This document shows positions 15,564 through 19,593 of a stretch of 19,593 bases of DNA, piece by piece. Where the stretch lies: NCBI GenBank assembly GCA_050012255.1, contig JBEKHN010000027.1:1-19593 (forward strand), read 5' to 3'. Position 1 is the first letter of the stretch, and each line of letters opens with the position of its first letter. The stretch is from Candidatus Bathyarchaeia archaeon. Its GTDB lineage: Archaea; Thermoproteota; Bathyarchaeia; Bathyarchaeales; Bathycorpusculaceae. Below the pieces are notes generated by a model. It worked only from the letters and a program-made list of their open reading frames with translations, made no database searches and was not told the DNA's origin. Position numbers and translations under genes: made by a program.

Positions 15564-16076
15564 CTAAAGCTTCTCTAAAGCTTCAATAATCTTCGCATAA
15601 CTTTCAACGCTGCATCGCCAACCGACAAAAACCATTTCGTTCACAGCTTGCTTAGCTCTTTCTTTAGTAAACAACCCCTCATAAACAGCCCTCACCAGAA
15701 CGTATGGCGTACCCACGTAGGCTATCCCGTAAACCTTCGCGGTGTTCCTCGCCACCTCATCATCCACCACAGCCACACCGTTCAACTCCTGGGCAAGAGC
15801 CAAAACCTCCGCGTCAGTCACATGAAGTCCCCTCGTCTTCAACAATCTCGACAAAAACTCCTCATCCTTCGGCTCAACAACCTGAAACACTCTGCTGTCA
15901 AACAGCTTTTCCAAGACAACCGCGTCAGGAACACCCTTACGCTTGCCTTCATCCACAACCTCGCGTTTAACCTCCGGCGAAGTTACCTTTTCACCCTTCA
16001 AACCATCAAGAACCTTGCTCAACCCCACTTTAGCCAAGTAAATCAATGGCGTAGAATTGAAAACAAGCAGCTTCAC
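15564..16076 (-). CDS. DUF3368-family PIN-like protein (putative toxin)
   Basis: FNSTPLIYLAK, DAEVLALA, VVDDEVAR and GTPYVL pattern. Confidence 0.87.
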   Translation of the reverse strand: MKLLVFNSTPLIYLAKVGLSKVLDGLKGEKVTSPEVKREVVDEGKRKGVPDAVVLEKLFDSRVFQVVEPKDEEFLSRLLKTRGLHVTDAEVLALAQELNGVAVVDDEVARNTAKVYGIAYVGTPYVLVRAVYEGLFTKERAKQAVNEMVFVGWRCSVESYAKIIEALEKL

Positions 16077-16411
16077 TTACGCTTCGCCGCCGAAGCTTCC
16101 CTGAACTCTTTCTCAATCTCTTCAGGCGTAAACCTAACCCATTCCACATTACGCTGCTTCACCAGATCAGCGAATTCCCAAAGCGAAAGCCTGGCCATCT
16201 CTGCAGCCTTGGCAAACGTGGCTTTCCCGTCTCGCAACAACTCCAGAGCCATCTGCTTCCTCCACTCCGCAATTCCCAATTCAAGAAGATTCCTAACAAC
16301 AGTAGCCTTGTCCAACTTTGCACGCTCGACCAATTCGAGGATTTCCTTCTCGATTTCCTCAGGTATCCTTACCGCTAAAGGTTTAAGCGTCAACACGCTC
16401 ACCGTATACAA
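16073..16411 (-). CDS. UPF0175-family protein (putative antitoxin)
   Basis: RHH-like AVRIPEEI N-terminus and ATFAKAAEMARLSLWEF HTH; 4-nt overlap with the DUF3368 gene; real start probably 16402 or 16393. Confidence 0.87.
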   Translation of the reverse strand: MYTVSVLTLKPLAVRIPEEIEKEILELVERAKLDKATVVRNLLELGIAEWRKQMALELLRDGKATFAKAAEMARLSLWEFADLVKQRNVEWVRFTPEEIEKEFREASAAKRK

Positions 16412-16697
16412 AAGATATCAATTGCATACATAAATACCTTACGACAGCCCAGGCGATGGATCAAAAATAAGCTATCTTATCTTTCTATTCTCTTAGCGTA
16501 CGCGCTTCGTTAGATGCATGGAAAAAATCCCAAGTAAAGGGAATTGAAAGATCAAAAAATCATTGTACTGCTCAGAAGCATGCGCGCGTTCAACATATCC
16601 ACCATCTGGCACTGCTCTGAAGGTTTTTCGCAGACTGTGAGCTTCAACGTCGCGCCGATCCTTGATGCCAGCTTTTCTCGCTGTCTTCTATGCGATT

Positions 16698-19058
16698 CTA
16701 GTGAGGCGCCGTTGATCCATCGGTTTTCTTAATCCTTCCTCTTTTGCGGACTATGACTGCTAGAAGCGTTGTTGCAATGGCTAGTGACGGAATAGTTGGT
16801 GATGGGAACTCTGGAACCACGTTTGTTCCTTTGATGGTTACTTGAAACGTGGAATCGAACGTGCAAGTGAACTGTATGAACGTGTGTGTTGCGTTTTCCG
16901 TTGGCGCGAGGAAGTTAGGAGCTAGAAGCTGTGTGCCGTTAAGCCACACGGTCCAATCGTCAAGACTTGTGCAGTTCATCAGAGACTTTGGAATTGTAAC
17001 GTTGAAATATCCAACGGTGCCAGATTCGCCGGAGACGTTGAGCTTTATTTGTGATTGATCCAAGATGAGATCTGACACGGTTGAGTTGCTTTCCGTGACT
17101 ACGTGGAAAACTTTTCCGTTCACTTGAACAGTGTGATCAGCAACTGTGACGTTCTGAGGGGTAGGCGTTGCTACGACTGCTCCGTGATACACTCTTACAG
17201 CGCTGTCGGTGGACCCAAGGATGAAAGTGCTGGCATCGCTTGATATCGCTGCAAACAGTGGTCTTCCAAAGTCGGGTGGCACCCACTTCGTCGCCGTGGT
17301 GTTCCAGAAGTCACTCCAGAGGAGAGTGCCGTTCACGTCAAAAAGCAGAGCTCCGTTTGGAATGGTATCGCTTCGGAAGGCGGTGTTGCCGGAGGTGCCT
17401 GCGAGAATGTAGCGGCCATCTGGTGTTACAGCTCCTGCAGTCACGTCGCCAAGCCAAGGGAGGCGGGCTTCGAGGCCAGTGAGTCCCCAAAGCAGGTTTC
17501 CCTTCTGGTTGAAGATTCTGAGGCCGTCTCTTGCTCCCGTAGCGACAACTGAGCCGTCGCCTGACATGGAGACCCAATTAACTGCGCTGTTTCCAGTGTC
17601 GACCTCCCACTTGACGTTGCCGTCGCCGTCCATGGCCCAGATGCTGCCACCCTTCCCAGTGCCGACGACTATGAATGAAAAGTCGGGTGTCGCAGCGATC
17701 GCAGTCGGCCAGATGAACCCGCTTGTCGCTCTTGTCCAGAGCAGCGTGCCGTTGGCAGTGTCGAACAATCGCAGCACTGAAGTTCCAACCAGCAGTTTGC
17801 TGCAGTCGGCGCTGAAGAGAATCGCCCTGGGATTTGCAAGCTCGTAGGCGGGCGCTGTCCAGAAGATCGTGCCTGTCGTTGCGTTCCTGCATTCTATCCA
17901 GCTACCGCCGGAACCGTCCACTAAGTAGTTTCCGTCTGGAGAAAACCGTTCAAACTGGGCCGTTGAAGCGTTTTCGGCGGTTCTGGTGATGTTCCACAGC
18001 AGGCCTTGTCTGTTGAAGACGAAGAGTTTTCCATCGGTGGTTCCCGCCGCTGCTAAGGAACCGTCTGCAGTTATGGTGGCGCTCCAGAACCCTCCGTAAG
18101 TGTCGCTTGAGTCTGTCAGAGGCCCGAACCTCCAGAGCAGCGTTCCGTTCGTATCGTACATGTAAACGTAGTAAAGATTGCTGAAGGACGGGTCTGGCAA
18201 TGCGTGGTAACTCGCGGTTCCATGTTCTCCCCCTGCTAGGATCATGGTCTTGAAGTCGGATGAGATCGCCCCGTAGTAGATGGGGCTCAGCAGGGTTGAG
18301 TTCCATTCCAAGCTGTAGTTTCCTAATGTCCCAGAAGGGATCAGTTCAAAGTTCTGCTGGATGCGCTGGTCAGGTTTTGGAGTCACATAGTAGTCAGCGT
18401 TGACGTATGTCTGATACCCGAGGGCCAATGCGACCGCGGTGCTGGTGGTTCCAGGAACCACAGTGTACTCCGCATAGCTTCCGTCGGCCTGCGAAACACT
18501 CGCAGGTCCAGGGCCTACTCCGAACTCGCCTGGTACCCCGAAGCCGACGTAAGCCCCGGAAATCGGAGCTGAAGTCTCAGCATCAAGCACCTGTCCGCTG
18601 GCCTGATAGTACTGTTGGCCGTCCCATGAAACAAGTATAGTCCAAGTTATGGTCACGTTCGCAGCCACGTAGTTTCCAGGGGCGTTAGCGTGATCCGCGA
18701 TCACAGCGTAGTACGCCGTGTAGGTCGTTCCGTTATAGTTGAGATCAGGACCGTGGCATCCCAATGTGACCCATACCGTGTCGACTGCGTTTGGTGGAGC
18801 CTTGAATATATAATCATCGCGCTCCACCCAATCCGGCAACGGTTCGTGCTGAATCATAAACGGCCTCGCCTCAGTGCCAGAGTTGGTTACGTTAAAGTTA
18901 AACCGGAGCATCTGAGTGTACACGAGATTCACAACAAAATGCTGCGTCAGCGGCGTCACCTGAAGATCCGAATCAACGTCCGCTGAGACTCTCTGAACCG
19001 GAATCACAAGAAAAACTATCAGCAGAAATAGCAATAATACAAAGGCTCGACAGTTCAT
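16698..19058 (-). CDS. Large cell-surface beta-propeller (PQQ/WD40-like) protein with carboxypeptidase-regulatory-like domain and PEF-CTERM tail
   Basis: Signal peptide; SGQVLDAETSAPISGAYV; repeated GTLLW/GNLLW and SxDG blades; C-terminal VPEFPS-TM-RKR. Confidence 0.9.
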   Translation of the reverse strand: MNCRAFVLLLFLLIVFLVIPVQRVSADVDSDLQVTPLTQHFVVNLVYTQMLRFNFNVTNSGTEARPFMIQHEPLPDWVERDDYIFKAPPNAVDTVWVTLGCHGPDLNYNGTTYTAYYAVIADHANAPGNYVAANVTITWTILVSWDGQQYYQASGQVLDAETSAPISGAYVGFGVPGEFGVGPGPASVSQADGSYAEYTVVPGTTSTAVALALGYQTYVNADYYVTPKPDQRIQQNFELIPSGTLGNYSLEWNSTLLSPIYYGAISSDFKTMILAGGEHGTASYHALPDPSFSNLYYVYMYDTNGTLLWRFGPLTDSSDTYGGFWSATITADGSLAAAGTTDGKLFVFNRQGLLWNITRTAENASTAQFERFSPDGNYLVDGSGGSWIECRNATTGTIFWTAPAYELANPRAILFSADCSKLLVGTSVLRLFDTANGTLLWTRATSGFIWPTAIAATPDFSFIVVGTGKGGSIWAMDGDGNVKWEVDTGNSAVNWVSMSGDGSVVATGARDGLRIFNQKGNLLWGLTGLEARLPWLGDVTAGAVTPDGRYILAGTSGNTAFRSDTIPNGALLFDVNGTLLWSDFWNTTATKWVPPDFGRPLFAAISSDASTFILGSTDSAVRVYHGAVVATPTPQNVTVADHTVQVNGKVFHVVTESNSTVSDLILDQSQIKLNVSGESGTVGYFNVTIPKSLMNCTSLDDWTVWLNGTQLLAPNFLAPTENATHTFIQFTCTFDSTFQVTIKGTNVVPEFPSPTIPSLAIATTLLAVIVRKRGRIKKTDGSTAPH

Positions 19059-19390
19059 ATGCGACTACCTACTGTGCACGTGACTTTTCACCTTCTGAAG
19101 AAATTAGCCTTGTGAACCCCAAATCAAGAGCAGAGATAAGGGCCTTCCAACGTTTCATAGCTCGCGCAAGCGCCGTTCTTTGATTCTGGACCGCCGATGC
19201 TCGTCATTCAGAATGAACCGTCGCCCGTGAGATAAGCGCGCGCTCTCTCGAACTTATCGCATCGCCTTGTAAGGGACTGTGTCGATTATTGCTTCGAACT
19301 ACTCTGCTTAACAGTTGATCAGTCCTACGCGCTGGAGATGTTACATATTTGGCTCCAAATATGCATGATACATTGAAACCGAGGAGGGGT

Positions 19391-19593
19391 ATGAGACACC
19401 GCTCCACGTTCGGACGCATACAGAGAAGACTCTGCTATGCCGCGGACAAGTACAACGTTGACATGCAGAAAATCAGGTTCGAACTCATCCTTGAACTCAA
19501 GGCTCTCGCTGAACAAGCGCAACAAAAAGCCATCGATACGCACCCTGCTAAAGTCGAAACGAAGCAAAACTGGTCCCGCCTAGCAGCGTACAT
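19391..19593 (+). CDS. Hypothetical protein, partial (runs off right edge)
   Basis: GAGGAGG then ATG; MRHRSTFGRIQRRLCYAADKYNVDMQKIRFELILELKALAEQAQQKAIDTHPAKVETKQNWSRLAAY with no stop in the window. Confidence 0.7.
   Translation, partial: MRHRSTFGRIQRRLCYAADKYNVDMQKIRFELILELKALAEQAQQKAIDTHPAKVETKQNWSRLAAY

Noticed and set aside
15648-16433. 261-aa plus-strand ORF
   Set aside because: Antisense shadow of the DUF3368/UPF0175 pair with no recognisable motifs.
19204-19567. Minus-strand ORFs 19204-19419 and 19325-19567
   Set aside because: Antisense to the RBS-supported plus-strand ORF at 19391; no recognisable features.

Overview
Archaeal accessory/variable region, probably Bathyarchaeia-like (inferred from BRE/TATA-type promoters, GGTGA/GGAGG ribosome-binding sites, PEF-CTERM-type sorting tails and the protein families present). 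The left third (0.1-6 kb) is a run of short, functionally unrelated, co-oriented minus-strand genes: alpha/beta hydrolase, two RimJ/RimL GNATs, HD protein, M29 aminopeptidase, 2H phosphoesterase and small hypotheticals. It is followed by an ABC-2 exporter, three toxin-antitoxin pairs (AbrB/VapC, AbiEi/AbiEii, UPF0175/DUF3368), a membrane-anchored wHTH regulator, several cell-surface proteins and an unannotated 44-aa zinc-ribbon ORF. The most striking unexplained structure is non-coding. Many gene junctions carry members of a modular repeat family built around a C(C/T)GCAA core with interchangeable left and right arms, and the palindrome AGCGCGCGCT recurs at gene boundaries. Together with an HD gene that carries a GNAT-type promoter/start module, this suggests (inference only) a gene-cassette shuffling system analogous to integrons but lacking attC structure. 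No recombinase, tRNA, rRNA or CRISPR array is visible in the window.
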